Counted from the first letter of the stretch, positions 12,801-26,983 are shown. The stretch: 64,000 bases of DNA from Eledone cirrhosa (GCA_964016885.1 OZ024747.1:88908001-88972000); one strand, 5' to 3'. Numbers and translations: made by a program. Notes: generated from the sequence alone by a model not told the origin.

Positions 12801-13269
12801 GATAGTTAGGAATTTGAAAGCACATAGGGCATATAAATTTTTCAAAATGTACAAAACTAGTGAGTGAGCTAGGTAGAAGTGAAACTCATATATATACCCA
12901 CATCTCTTGATGACTGCCAAATAATTTCCTCTTTTAAACTACTGAGCAGCTCACCGATCTGTTTTACAGATGTCACACACACTGCTACATCATTTAATTC
13001 TTTAACTAGAAACAAAACTGCACTTTGTATTCCTTTGAACAAACAGTCATATTTTATACCAACATTTTTCAAAATGATCCAAATTCAATGATTTACTACT
13101 TTAAATGTTTTATAACCTTACATATACTGCCATAAAATTCTGTTAATACTGCTTCGTTTTTGTTGGTTTTCTTTACCAAACTCGTTTTTTACTTCATTGA
13201 ATTTTTCACTAGACAGCAAACGATGTATATGATGTAATTCTGGGTAAAACCTGTGTTGGTAAATAATTT

Positions 13270-13495
13270 GTTGATGAGGTATGGACATGTCCTTCACTTT
13301 CCACCAGGGCCTTACTCTCATTCGATGCAGGCTGGAAGAGGCCCTGTGGCAGGCCCCGCACTAGATGGCTGGATATCATCAGGTAAGATCTCTGGAGACT
13401 CGACACCACCTTGGAGGATGCAGAGGAACTGGCACAGGACCACTAGTGATCGAGGGCGCTTGTGGACCTGGTCAGCTCTATGCACGATGATGCTT
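13270..13495 (+). mobile_element. Degenerate RTE LINE 3' end
   Basis: YGHVL...GWKRPCGRPRTRWLDII...LEDAEELAQD motifs across frameshifts. Confidence 0.7.
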
Positions 13496-16400
13496 TGGGA
13501 ATGCTGGCTTAGGGTGAACACGGCCTTGTTGAGAAGAACAAGAAGAGAGGGTGGTTCAGTTGCTGTGAGGAGTGTTGTATCTAATTTTCCAAGCCTTGCC
13601 TTTTGTCTGTCAACATGGAACAGAAATAGAAAGTGTTGTTGCTCACCCTGGAGACAAGTAAATGAGACAGGAATTAAAGATAAAAATGATAGTGTAGAGA
13701 GGTATGGTTTCAAATGAGATTTTAGACTTCTCACTTTGACCTTCCCAGAAAGCAATGGGTGTCTCTTAATCAGATCCGCACAACACCTACCAGTTACAGA
13801 TCATCATCTCCATTGACGACAGTGCTGCATGTTGTTTGGGATTATCTCCACAGACTTTTGTACGGTGGCCTGGAGGCTATCAATAATGCTGCAAATGACC
13901 CCCGTGATCTGGCTCACTGGTCTCGACCTGCCCCTTTAACTACTCTGTATATGTCATACAACAAGCAGAAGACTCCTCATAGTCATTAAACTCTCCTATG
14001 ATGTAATCTATTATTACAGCCCTCTTATTCTTCAAGACAGTTTGTAGATTTGAATAATTTTTGTTGCTATGAGGACTGAGGGACATATCTTGTAGTAAAG
14101 TGGTCAGATAATGACCAGTTTTTATAATGGTGAGTATCCTGCAGTATCACGTCACTAATCTTCAGGTTTTTGTCATCTGTCATGAGTTTAAGGATGGTTT
14201 TCACTACATTATCCCATGTCTTTCTAGATCTACATCTCCCACAAGTCCCATTACAGCTACCATCCTCCTTACATGTCACATGTCCATATCAATGTAGTTT
14301 TCTCTCTTGCTCATTACTCTCATCTAAATTCTTTCATGCTTAGTTTTTTTTCTACACATTCACAGAAGCGTACTCCCTTTCTGTCTAGCATTTGTACATC
14401 TTCTGCCATCAGGACCCATGTCTTACTGCCATGTAGCATTGCAGTTTACACAGTCAACCTTTCACTTTGAGAGAGAAGCCTTTTGGTGTTCAACAACAAT
14501 AAAATAATAACCATGACAAAGAAATTTGATAAATATTTATTTATTTATTTAAAGAAAAAAATCTAATACAAATAATTTTGTTTATATTTTGTCAGATTCA
14601 ACTGACATCTGTACATTATTATATGCTGTGTTGCCAAGTCGTCGTGTTTACAGGAAGAAATTATATAAACACCTGTCACAAACTGCTGACAACCTCAAAC
14701 TCTTGCAGTCGTAACCATTCTATATGATATATATGTGTGTGTTTGTGTGTTGGTGTGTGGGTGTGTGCATAGATATCTATCAGCTGGCAAAGAAAGCTTG
14801 GTTGGGGAAAAGAAATTAGAAATCTATTTAGAAAATAAATAAAAACTGACTAAGGTTCAGGTTGTACCCAAAGGAAGGGTCTCAGTTCTACAATCAAGCT
14901 TCATTCTGTGGTCAAATGCCTTAGTCTAGCATTTTAAAGGACACAAAAATTAAGGATCTTTTCTTTCTTTCAGTCATTCATTTATGAAAATGATCTATAT
15001 TTACAGTTTAAGATAAATCATGACACATTTATTCATGTACAATTCCTCTTGTGTGTATGTGTACACACACATGCATACATATACACACACTCATACATAT
15101 ACACACATACTCACAACATAAAAAAGTTGAACTAATAACAGCAAAAGATGACATTATATTAGTTTTGCAATTATGAATGAGACTACTTTAGAAAATGACA
15201 TACACCCGATTATGACAATGTTTTCAAGATATTTAGCACTCTTGGATGGCGTAATGCAAATTCACACTGCCTTTGGCCCCTTGTGATTCACATTACAGAC
15301 CAGGATCTTTGAAAGATTCATGTTAAAATGTACTTCAACAGAAAAAAAAAAAAAATTCAAAAATAAAGTAAACTAAATGAAAAAAAAAGCACTCTAAAAC
15401 AGAGTCAGAATACTTGTCAATATGGAGACATTTAATTAAACTAATTTGCTTCGTTAATGATACCTAACAGACATTTATATAAAGCAGGAATGCTAGCTAG
15501 TCTATGAAAGGAAATGTTTATGACTTCCAAGAGCTATCAATCAAACCTAACATTAAAGCAGCTCTACTGTTCATCTAACAATGTTACTGATTAACAGAAA
15601 TTATCCATTCTAAGAAAGGAAAGGTGCCAATTGTCAGATCAGACCAATGTTTCCATTGATCTTTCCCCCGCTGATACTATCTGCTGGTTGTGACTACTGC
15701 TAGAAGGAGCAAGGTGAAATAATGTACTTTGCTCAAGAACACACCATACCACCTGGTTGAGGAATCAAATCTACAACCATATGATATTGAGTCCAACACC
15801 CTAACCACTAGGCTGAGTGCCTTCAATATTTATTTTATTAGTTGTATAAATAGGTTAGGCAAGAATTGAACAGATCAAATCAAATTCTTTACATCATGTC
15901 ACAGAACATGAGGTTGCAGAAAATTTACTAAGCATTAGGAAAATGCAATTGTAAAGAATTTTATCTTTGAACAAAACGCAGTATAACCTTGCAAAAACTG
16001 ACACCACGGAACCCTATTTACAATGACATGACAACTACATTAAATGTCAAGCACATTTACAATCTAAATAAAATATATCTGAAACTGGTTGTAATTGATT
16101 GTTTTCTGTTTATGCCAAAACATGTTGCATTTTCTCTGAGGCACTGTTTATATATATAGATATATATATATACACACACATATAAAGTCTTGCTAGAAAT
16201 GTTTGAAGCTGTGATCATGTCACCTATCTCAGTAGCTATGTGAGAATGACAAACGCTAGCATTTCAGGATGTTTATCCATCATTGATGGCGTTTACTCAC
16301 TGAGTACTGAGACAATATATACTTTTTGCATTTAAAACATCTGCTGGAGATATTCATTTTCATTTCCAGTGTGAGCTTGACTAGCTAGAATTAATTAGCA

Positions 16401-16713
16401 ATAGCATTAACATAGCGCGATTCATAATAGAGGTGTATAAGAAAGCATATACAATATGTTTATGTATAATAAACATATATAATTCTTGCTGCAAACATTT
16501 TAAATTTTGATGATGTCATAGCTATCTCAAGATAAAAATATAATTTTTTTTTTTTTTTTACTGTGTATCAATTTCTTTGAAATCAATACATTAAGACTGT
16601 TTCACAGGAACTTGAGGAAGTTTCAGTTTTCTGAGCAAATGATGAAGATTAAGAACTGGTGCGAAGGGTTCAACAAAAAGGGCTGTGATAATCCCTTTAC
16701 AGATATATAGGGT

Positions 16714-16959
16714 TTAACCCTTCTGATAACAAACTGCCTGAAACTGCCTCTGGATCAATGATACAGAGCTACTTATTTCAAAATGTTTATAAGTATCTAA
16801 AAACCTTCCAATCATAATTCGATGTAAGAACTTTGTTCCAAACACCAGATAAACGAGAAAGTTAGCTATATTACTAAATCCTTCCAAATTCTTATTTTCA
16901 AAATAATTTGAAAATCACAGGCAGTATTTTTCATTAGAAATATGGCAATGAAAGGGTTA
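16714..16959. mobile_element. Second piggyBac-type MITE family (also ~61068-61306, 49380-49622, 34290-34500)
   Basis: TTAACCCTT...AAGGGTTA ends and a shared internal AAAACCTTCC...TTACTAAATCC sequence. Confidence 0.7.
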
Positions 16960-19398
16960 GATAAGCACTAATATTTTTTTTTTATTTGCTAAATACATTC
17001 ACTACAGTTTGGAGTGGGTGGTATAATTATTTAAAGTAGAAAACAGAAAAACTGCAGAAACACCAGTCATATTGCTATAGTTTCAATTAAAAAAATAAAT
17101 AAAGCTTTTAACCCACTGAACCAGTCTTTCTCGTTCTTGCTTGTAGGGGTTAACTGAGATCTCCTAAGACCAGAATGTCCAGAAAGTTTGAAGATTCCCT
17201 ACATCGTAAACATACCATCTTCATAACAAAAATTACTGGCAGCTTTAAACATAGTTGCCAACTGATAGTCATTCCCTACTCCCAAATAGATGGCTTTATA
17301 ACTATTCCAGCCCAACCCTGCCCTCAATTCTAGCACAAGTTAGTCAATTATGCAAATGTGAATGTTTACCTAGGATTTTCTGTAACATGTGTTCCTTCAT
17401 CTGAATACCTCTCCTAACTCTAAACCACTGACATCTTCAGAAAGCAGAATTAAGTTCTTTTTTAACAGTAAATATTGGGAAATTACGGCCCCTTATGTTC
17501 TGAGTTCAAATCTCTCCCAGGTTAGATTTACCTTTCATCCTTACAAGGATGAACAAAATAAAGTACCAGTAATGCAGTGGGGTTGATTTAATCAACTTCA
17601 TCCTCTCCCCAAATTGTTGGCCTATAGTAGAAACAATTATTATTATTATTATCATCATTACTATTCAGTTTCTTCTGTGAGATGATCAGAGAGAAAAAAA
17701 AATAGTAAGAGTAATTTAAAATCACATTCATTTGAAGGTAAAATGCTGGAAACTAAATCACGCAACTCAAACCTACTTTTGACAATTAGTAATATAATGA
17801 GTAAGGCTGGTAAATGCAACCTTATGATGAAAAGACTGCATCATAACAATTTAAAATATTCAGACCTGATTGATGATTCTGATGATGAGAATAACAGAAA
17901 GAGAGCATTGATGCTTTTATCTCAGCACTGATTGGAATTCTGTTCCAAAAATGGAAACTTAACATTAGCAATTCATACAAATGATTTGCAAAAGTTTTCA
18001 ACAATTTCAAGTTTGATTTAACCATCAACAAATATAGTTTATCAACTAATTAGTCCAAAGGTATAAAAAAATAGATTTAACTTAGAGAAGGTGGGAAAAA
18101 ACAAACAACCGTACTAGAATTGAAAACAGCCAAATTAGTTTCAAGTGCTTTAGTAAAGGACAGAAGTAAAACTGGTGAACCAGAACAATCTGACAGTTCC
18201 AATTGATGCTATCACAGTCAAAGGTTATCTTTACAGTGCACAGCCAAATTAATCAGCCCATTTCAAATCTGATATATATATAATTAAATTTAAAAAAAAA
18301 AATTTAACAAAAACATATTTCAATAATTTATGTATGGTTCCCATTCATTAAATCTAGATTATAATTGGGTTGCTCTCAGACATCTGCCGAAACAACATGG
18401 ATAGAGAAGGTAAACTTCCCCCATCTTGCTTTCTTACTCTTAATTGTTGCTACAAGAATATATTAGACATTTCTAAAAGCTCTTTCCACATTCGTTTCCT
18501 CCCCATACACATACTTATTTACATACGCACGTACACATTTATATGTATGACAATCCAGGCATGATGTGTAGATGCAATTCAGCGAGAGTAAGAAGGCCAG
18601 TCTATATCTTATCCATGAGAATAATATTGCGTCCATTATAAAAGGAACAAAGAAAAACCAACATTATATGATGACAAGATTTATGCTGCTTTTCAGGCAC
18701 TAATAGTGTTAGGAGCAATGTAAAGCAACAAAAAGAGAGTTGCAACTACACATTTGGAATTGGTCAGTCTATACATCTGGAATCAGTCAGGCTACACATC
18801 TGGAATCGGTCAGTGGCAAGACACCTTTCATTGTAAACAGCTTAGAAAACTGAACAAACATTAGTGCTCAAAAAAAAGAAAAAACTCAGTATTTGGGGAC
18901 AAATTCGAGATGAATAACTAAACAGATTCCAATGGAGACTGAGGTTTAGAGAGAGTAATAAACAGTGTGACAGTATCAGTGAGTTAGGAATGATCGAGAG
19001 AACAGTTAGATTTGGATATGAGAGTATGAAGATATGCACACATTACAAGCTTGGTCACGACAGAGTTGAGCTGCTGTGCAGAATGATTTGTGAGAGTCCT
19101 GCAATATAGTTTACACACTGGCAGTTTGTTGTTTCTGATTGTCCAGCTACCCACAGGTAGCTTCTGTAGTTGTAAGAGTTCCTTGGTCAATTATTTCAGT
19201 CAATACCATACCACACCCCTTCGGCACTGAGGATGACATTTGTTCCAGTCATTGAATATGCCTGAAATAATTAATGTCAGCTGGCGAGTATTATTCTATA
19301 GCAAGAGTGACAAAACAACAGTTGCAAAGGTCTTGCTATTTGTAGGTGCAGCCTGAGAAGATAAGTTGGAGCACCAAGCTCAATGCTGCTTCAAAACA

Positions 19399-19491
19399 TC
19401 ATTTTATACGCCGATACTGTAATATTAGATCTCCTCCTTGCTTCCAAATAAAATGCTTCACTGTCCGCAAGTCCATGTTGGGATCAAGAAT
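19399..19491 (-). CDS. WDR48: WDR48/UAF1 terminal coding exon
   Basis: [33 protein letters not shown] matches the WDR48 C-terminus. Confidence 0.95.
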   Translation of the reverse strand: MLDPNMDLRTVKHFIWKQGGDLILQYRRIK

Positions 19492-19540
19492 CTGTAATAA
19501 AAGTTTGAAACATTTTCAATTTTTTGCTCAATTTTTTTAA

Positions 19541-20378
19541 CCCCTTGGCTCCTAACTATGAGTGTGGTCGTGGCATTAAAATGTCAATGAAAGTCGAATC
19601 ATGCTGTAAGTCATTTGTTTACATTTCACATTGGTAGAGAACACAACATTGTGCCATGTCCAAGGGCAGTAAAATACTACACAGAGCACATGAGTGGACC
19701 AGCTAATGCACTGGAAGGATGTTGAATAAATGGTGGAAGTATTTGTTTCCTTTTGTTGTTGATATAGTTATATGTTTGTCATTTGTATTGATGAAAGAAT
19801 TCCCAAACTATAAACTCCTGTCTAGAAATGGCAAAGAAAAAATGTACCCAGTTGGGTTTCAGAATGAACCTGGCCCATCAACTTATTGTGGACTAATCCC
19901 AGGTTCAGGGTGCCATACACTGGCCCGTAGAATCAGGAAAAAAAGAAAGAACTTGCAAGCAGTGTTCTAAACAAAATATTAGAAGAGAACCAAAAACAGG
20001 CTGTGAGCAATGCAAAGTAAATCTCTGTATTAACTGTTCCAAGTCCTATCAGCTGAAACATTTCCCTTAAAGGTATGTAGATGTTGATACAGAGAACATT
20101 TTTTTTCCATGTTTTTGCTTACATTTTATTAAATAATCTGTAAATATAATATCCTTTAAAAAATTCAGTTTGGAATTATCATCATCATTTTATGTCCGTG
20201 TTTCCCTGCTTGCGAGGGTGGGAATCTTCACTGAAAATGTTGTGCATTTATCTTAATAATTTATAAACTTAGAGCAATTTTGGTATGGTCACGTTAAAAA
20301 AAAATATCGATTCTCATTATTTGGCTTAGGGAGTTAGTGTCAAATATTAAAAGAAACACTCATTTAGGGCCACAAGGG
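19541..20378 (+). mobile_element. Internally deleted piggyBac transposon
   Basis: TTAA/TCAA flanks; TIR CCC(C)TTG..CCTAA.TGAGTGT at both ends; transposase remnant KWWKYLFPFVVDIVI and Cys-rich tail KTGCEQCKVNLCINC. Confidence 0.8.
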
Positions 20379-20477
20379 TCAAAGATACTGTATTTTCTGC
20401 AAGTTACATAACAACTGTTAGTTTATTGTTAGATTAAAACATTGAAATATAATCAGTTGAACTGTAATTTCTTTTAC

Positions 20478-20673
20478 CTGGTCATTACAAAGTATCTCTA
20501 CTTTCTCTTCTGCAATAGACGTTACATCTTCAGAATCTTTCTCTCCATCACTCTTCTCATGGTTGCTATTGGCTGTCTGAGAACCAGCATCTGAGCCCTG
20601 GCCAAGAACTTTTTCATACACATGTTCAATAACTTTCCGTACTTGAATCACATCACTTGCTGATAACCGGTCT
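20478..20673 (-). CDS. WDR48: WDR48 exon
   Basis: DRLSASDVIQVRKVIEHVYEKV...IAEEKVEILCNDQ; canonical sites. Confidence 0.95.
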
Positions 20674-20947
20674 CTAGAATATATAGAACAACAAAATTTA
20701 GTAGTGGTGGTGATGGTGGTGATGATGATAGCGGTGGTGGTGGTGGTGGTGATGAGTTTAATGGAAAAATGACTTTTAAAAAGGATGATATAATATGATG
20801 CTATATAATGAAAATTACTGTGTACAGTGCTCAGGTGCACTGCAATGTATCAAAGGTGCATGTATAGTACATAAAATAATGTTCAAATGTTAGAGCAGTG
20901 AACAGTGTATGAGTCATGATATACATGCAGATAATCGTAATGACTAC

Positions 20948-23794
20948 ATCATCATCATCATCAACGTTTAACGTCCGTGTTCCACGCTTGCATGGGTTTG
21001 GACGGGGGTATTCCCACTTGAGGCAAGAGTGATTGTCTTGCTCGCATAGGACTGTCTGGCAAGTTTTCTACAGTTGGATGCCCTTCCTAACACCAACCAC
21101 ATTTACAGTGTGGGTCTGGGAGGTTTTTACCGTGTTGCCTACACGGCCACATTACAGCGTGGACTGTGTGTTTTTTTGTCGTGACACCTACACGATCTCA
21201 TTTGTTTCGGCCTCGATCGCGCGGCACCAACATAACTTTACATAGAACGGGGTGGTGTGGATGGGGTGGTGGTGGTGGTGGTGGGACGGGGTGTATTTTG
21301 TTAGAGATGCCTACTGGCTGGAGTAGGTTTTACTATATATTTAGGTAAGGCGGGTCTTCTCTGTTACTGAGTACCGCCAAAGGTCTCGGTCCAGTGACAT
21401 TGTCTTGGAGAGGTGTAAGTGTGTGATGTCGGAGTTTATCAGCTCGTCCCAGGTTTTTCTAGGTCTGCCTATTCCGTGACTACCGTCTATCTTTATTGCC
21501 CTGCACTTTGTTATACAGCTATCGACTTTCATGCGCATCACGTGTCCATACCAACGTAGCCTTCTCTCGAGTAAACAACATCTGATCCCTCTTATCTCTA
21601 ATTTTTTCCTTAGTTCGTTTATGCTTTGCCGTTCACGTATATTACTGTTACACATCCAGCGGAGCATGCAAGCTTCGTTCCTCTCTAGTCTGCGTATATC
21701 CTCTGCACACAATGCCCAGGTCTCACTGCCATGCAGCATTGCTGTTCGTATGCAGGCATCGTACAACCTGCCTTTCATTTTTAGTGAGAACCCTTTAGCA
21801 GCTAATAGTGGTATAAGCTCTCTGAACTTTTTCCAACCAGTTCTGACTCTAGCTACAGTACTTTCAGAGCACCCTCCCCCACTGCTGATTTTATCGCCCA
21901 GGTAACGGAAGCTGTCCACTATTTCTATAGAACCCTCTGCGCAATTGAAAGAGCTAGTATTTTGTGGGCACTTGCTGCTACTTATTGCACCAGAGCACCG
22001 GCCACATGTAAAATCTATGTTCTTAGTTAGCTTACCTGTGATCCCACTACATCTTTTATGCACCCATACTTTGCATTTAGGACATAAAATGGAGTTTCTA
22101 CCTACGCCTTTCCTACACACCGAGCACGACCATTTCCCAGAAGGGGCCGCCGCCTTGTTTTCTTTCCTACAAACTAGTACTTTGGTCTTAGCCAGGTTAA
22201 TTTTAAGTCCTTTTGACTCTAGGCCGTGCTTCCATGTTTGGAATTTCTTCTCTAGCTCGGCCATTGATTCCGCTATGACTGTCAGGTCGTCTGCGTATAG
22301 GAGTTCCCATGGGCAGCCTGTCTTGAACTCCTCTGTTATAGCCTGAAGGGCAATAATAAATAGTAGTGGGCTGAGAACAGAGCCCTGATGGACGCCAACT
22401 TTTACGCTAAACTCTTCACTATATTCGTTGTTAATTCTAACCTTGCTGACTGTTTCTTTATACATGGCTTGTATAGCCCTCACAAGCCATTCGTCAACGC
22501 CTAGTTTTCTAAGAGCCCACCAGATAATGGAGCGGGGGACTCTATCGAAGGCTTTCTCCAAGTCGACAAAAGCTAAGTAGAGGGGTTTACCTTTAGCTAG
22601 GTACTTCTCCTGTAGTTGTCGTACTATGAAAAGAGCGTCTGTGGTACTTTTGCCTGACACAAACCCGAACTGCATTTCATCTAGGTCAATTCTCTCTCTG
22701 ATTAGTTGCGCTATTACTTTTTCCGTGACCTTCATGACCTGGTCGATTAATTTAATGCCTCTATAGTTACTCCTATCTAGGGCGTCTCCTTTACCCTTAT
22801 AACAGTTAACGATGATGCTGCTATGCCAGTCCTTCGGAACAACCCCATTCTGTACGACTTGGTTAACTATGCGGGTGACCATGGTGTGTCCCACCGTGCC
22901 AGATGCCTTCAGCATCTCAGCAACTATTTCCGAAGGCCCAGCCGCCTTACCCGTCTTCATATCCTTGATTGCCTTACTTATTATACTCCCCTCGACTAAC
23001 ACTGCTGGTCCCTCTATTGGGTCGATATGGGGGAGACTGTCTTTCTCCCATTTATTCTCCTCATTTAGTAGCCTTTCATAGTGACACTTCCAAGCTACCT
23101 TCTTATCAGCGTCGGTGATGGCAAGTGTGCCATCGTCGTTTAGTACACACTTCTCCCCGACAATATCACGGTTTTCCTTGACGCATTGCCTAGCAATCCT
23201 GAACACCTCACGTTTTTGGTCATCGCGTTGTAGAACATGCTTGAACTTTCTTTCCTCAGCTTCCCTTCTTGCTAAGTACACTTCTCTCCTAGCTTCCCTC
23301 CTGGCCACTTGATAGTCCTCTCTACTTCCCCCATCCCGCCATACTTTCCAAGCCTGCTTTTTGGCCTTAATTGACCCCTCCACCTTACTGTTCCACCACC
23401 ATGTTACTCTCCTCCTGCCTACAGGCCTGCTCCAGCCACAGACTTCGTCTGTCGCCAACAGCAGGTTTGCTTTCAGAAATTCCCACTCTCCCTCTATATT
23501 GTCCGACTCTAAATGTTCTTCCTTACTGTCGAAAGCATCAAGTAATATGCTTTGAAATTTATTCCTGGCTGTGGGGTCCTTTAGCTTCCATATTTTTCTC
23601 CTGAGGATAGTCCTCTTCTGCTGTCGAGTACGTCTCGTCCTGACTATGAGGTCGCTAATTATCAGTCTATGTTGGGAGGTGCATTCTTCATGGGGGAGGG
23701 ATTTAGTGTTTACAACAGACACTCTGTCACATCTTCTGGTAAGGATATAATCTACCTGGCTTGTGTGTTCCCCGGATCTATAGGCGATCAGGTG
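20948..23794 (-). mobile_element. Young 5'-truncated RTE-clade LINE with intact RT ORF (21341-23794), 3' UTR and (GAT)n tail
   Basis: End of APE endonuclease (HLIAYRSG..SQVDY..SQHRL); RT motifs YRGIKL, QFGF, FVDLEKAFD, GVHQGSVLSP, YADD, FRYLG; C4HC3 PHD insert; no stops over more than 790 codons. Confidence 0.96.
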
Positions 23795-23819
23795 AATGGA
23801 ATTAGATAAAGAAGCTTCA

Positions 23820-24200
23820 ATTCGTTATTCGTGCCAACCCTTACCTATGATCTTCGGTAATGATTGAAAGAATACGATCGCAAATACAAGGGGCTGAAAT
23901 GTGATCCCTCCAAAGGGTTCTTGGAGTAACGTTACTCGATAAAGTGCATAGCTCGGAGATCAGAGAGTCACTCCAGGTACAGCCGCCACTTCTCCAAATT
24001 GAGAGATCACAGCTCCGATACTATGGGTATGTGGTTAGAATATCTCAGAAAAGAATCACTGGACAGATTTTACGGGCAAAATCAACCGGCAGTAGACCCA
24101 GCCGAATCAGTTGGAGATGGTTGCTTCTGACAGGGCTTGAGGACTCTGTCCCCATGACCCTCTAAAGAATAAGTGGGCAAAGAAGAAGAGAAGAAGAAGC
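23820..24200 (+). mobile_element. RTE LINE 3' fragment of another family (also ~8100-8450, 52950-53225)
   Basis: IERSQLRYYGYVVR motif and (GAA)n tail. Confidence 0.8.
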
Positions 24201-24204
24201 TTAC

Positions 24205-24281
24205 TTTTTTGGTAATTTGATTCCCATACTTGCATGTGGTTGTAGGAAAAATGGAATTTTATTGAATTTGGGAGATGCTCT
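24205..24281 (-). CDS. WDR48: WDR48 exon
   Basis: RASPKFNKIPFFLQPHASMGIKLPKK. Confidence 0.93.
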
Positions 24282-24918
24282 CTGTAAATGAGGAAATTTG
24301 AAACAGTAATATAACAAATTGTATAAATTCATGAAATTTTCCAACATCAGCTTTTATATCAGTAACCAAGAAATATAAATACACACATGTATACAGTAGT
24401 AGTAAATCTAATATTCACACACAGGCATGAAATAGTTTCTCCTTTCTATATTTATATTAGAAGTAAACATCAGATTAATTGACAAGTGTTTCATTAATTT
24501 CCAATGCTATCCAAGTAATGAAACATCAGTCTTAATGGCATCAGATTAAATGCCTCAGTACGTCTTCTGGTTCACTAAACTGAGTTTCCAATCCTGCTGA
24601 GGTTAACTTTGTTATTCATTCTTTCAACATGATAAATAAAGAAATAGTTCAGTACTGGGATCGAATCTTCCTCTCTACTCTTCTCTGAAAGAAATCAGAT
24701 GTATTCTGACCTGGAGAAGGATGGGCTCTCTAGATTTAAAAATGCCAAACACATCGTGTATCTGGACTATGAATTAATCAGTAATTAAGGGCCCTTTCTT
24801 TCCCTTTTTGTGTCATGAATACATCCCAAACTATGATATCCTATTGATATCAGTTATTTGACCACATTTCTCAGATCCTGAGACAAAACAATGGAAGAAG
24901 TTTGATTTTAATACCTAC

Positions 24919-25033
24919 ATTTACTGCCACATCAACTACCCATGGTGGGATAGTTTCATTTAGTAATAACTGCTCTGTTTCTCCACCAGCGTCCCGGCAA
25001 AGTAAACGAAACATGGTCCTTCCACCTGCCTCA
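24919..25033 (-). CDS. WDR48: WDR48 exon
   Basis: [38 protein letters not shown]. Confidence 0.95.
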
Positions 25034-25269
25034 CTGCATAAAAACAAGAGGTATAGACAATAAATATCAACACAAGTATAATATATGAAGTCTTAAGATT
25101 ATTCTGCATCAACAATTGCACCTCCTTAATACAGCTAGGAGCTTATCTCAAAGACTGGCCCTTTTGATTAGGGCAAAAAAATATGTACTGCCAACAGTTA
25201 TTACTGAACTTCTCCAAAGCTCAAATTAGACATACAATATATTACTGTTTCCACAAATAAGACCATGCT

Positions 25270-25693
25270 GCTGGTGTTGCTGTATACACTAATATCTGAG
25301 GCAGTGTTGCTGTATATACTAATATATAAGACAGTGCTGCTGTTGTTACTGTATATACTAACATGAGACAGTGCTGTTGTTGCTGTATACACTAACATAT
25401 AAGACAGTGTTATTGTATACACTAATATCTGAGGCAGTGTATACACTTACATATAAGACAGTGTTACTGTATACATTAACATATAAGACAGTGTTACTGT
25501 ATACACTAATATCTGAGACAGTGTATACACTTACATATAAGACAGTGTTACTGTATACATTAACATATAAGACAGTGTTACTGTATACACTAATATCTGA
25601 GACAGTGTATACACTTACATATAAGACAGTGTTACTGTATACATTAACATATAAGACAGTGTTACTGTATACTCTATCTGAGGCAGTGTTGCT
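25270..25693. repeat. 30-bp minisatellite with 84-bp higher-order unit
   Basis: Repeated ATAAGACAGTGTTACTGTATACACTAA. Confidence 0.9.
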
Positions 25694-25829
25694 GACAACT
25701 AGAGAAAATCCAACCCACTAAAGTCACTCAGACTGCAGTCTTTGGTCCCCAGACATGCTGTCTCTTCTGACTAACTTTTTCTGCTGCTACTGCATTGGTC
25801 TTGGCTTCACATTACCCATGTTGTATCAA

Positions 25830-26260
25830 ACACCATAGACCCTACACTAATCACACCTCAGGCCCCGTGCTAACCACACCCCAGGCCCTACACCTACCAC
25901 ACCCCAGACCCTACACCAACCATATCCCAGGCCATAAACTAACACACCCCAGACCCTATAAATACCATATCCCAGGCCCTACACCTACCACACCCCAGAC
26001 CCTACACCAACCATATCCCAGACCCTACACCAACCATATCCCAGACACTACACCAACCATATTCCTGACCCTACACCTACCACACCCCAGTCCCTACACC
26101 TACCACACCCCAGACCCTACACCAACCACACCCCAGACCCTACACCTACACATCCCAGACCCTACACTTACCACATCCCAGACCCTACACTAACAACACC
26201 CCAGAGCCTACACCTACCATATCCCAGGCCCTACACTAACAACACCCCACACCTACCATA
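25830..26260. repeat. ~23-bp C-rich minisatellite (G-rich on the WDR48 sense strand)
   Basis: Repeated CCCTACACCAACCACACCCCAGA. Confidence 0.9.
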
Positions 26261-26895
26261 CTTTCACACTAAGGAGACCAACTACACAGGTGGCTGAAGA
26301 CAATTTTCTCCCACTGCTACCTATTCCTGCTTATATTTTCATCTCTTTTCTTTATTGTCTGATAATAGAGTGGTACTCTCCAACTGGAACCACTCACTAT
26401 ACAGTTGATAGTTGCAAGAGAGTAAGAGAGAAGTATCACTGCTATTACACAGCCTTCACTAGAGATTATTTAATGAATATCAAAAGCCTAATCATTGATT
26501 CTACTTACATTTGTTATTGCACCAATTCACTTTTCCCTAATAAAATCAATAGCTTTTATTTCCTGTATTATTTATGAACAAAAAGTTTCTCATCAAAGCT
26601 CATTCCCTTCCCACACTTTACAAACATTACAGCATTATGATTATGTAATTATTCTCTCTATAGCAATTCTCATTCTTCTATTCACCCTTAATCAAAGAAA
26701 TCAATACAAAGATAAAGGACCAACTGATACAGTAATGTGAACCAGCAACTAACCATATATCTGTATTCGATTTCCTTTTGTCTCTTCATATAAAAGTTTA
26801 AACAACAACAACAAAAAGAAACAATGTATTCGATGTAAACCAGTGCATTATCAGATAAAAATATATTATAAATACAATGCAATAGAAAATTTTAC

Positions 26896-26983
26896 CTAAA
26901 TATAACTGGAGTATGTCCTGGTACACTAAAATATGGACCAGTTCCTCTACGTTCAACACATTCACTGCCATTCATGTCCATTT
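26896..26983 (-). CDS. WDR48: WDR48 exon
   Basis: EMDMNGSECVERRGTGPYFSVPGHTPVIFS. Confidence 0.92.

Noticed and set aside
21531-23604. Plus-strand ORFs overlapping the RTE
   Set aside because: Antisense shadows of the RT ORF
25371-26193. 116-aa and 132-aa ORFs
   Set aside because: Translations of minisatellites
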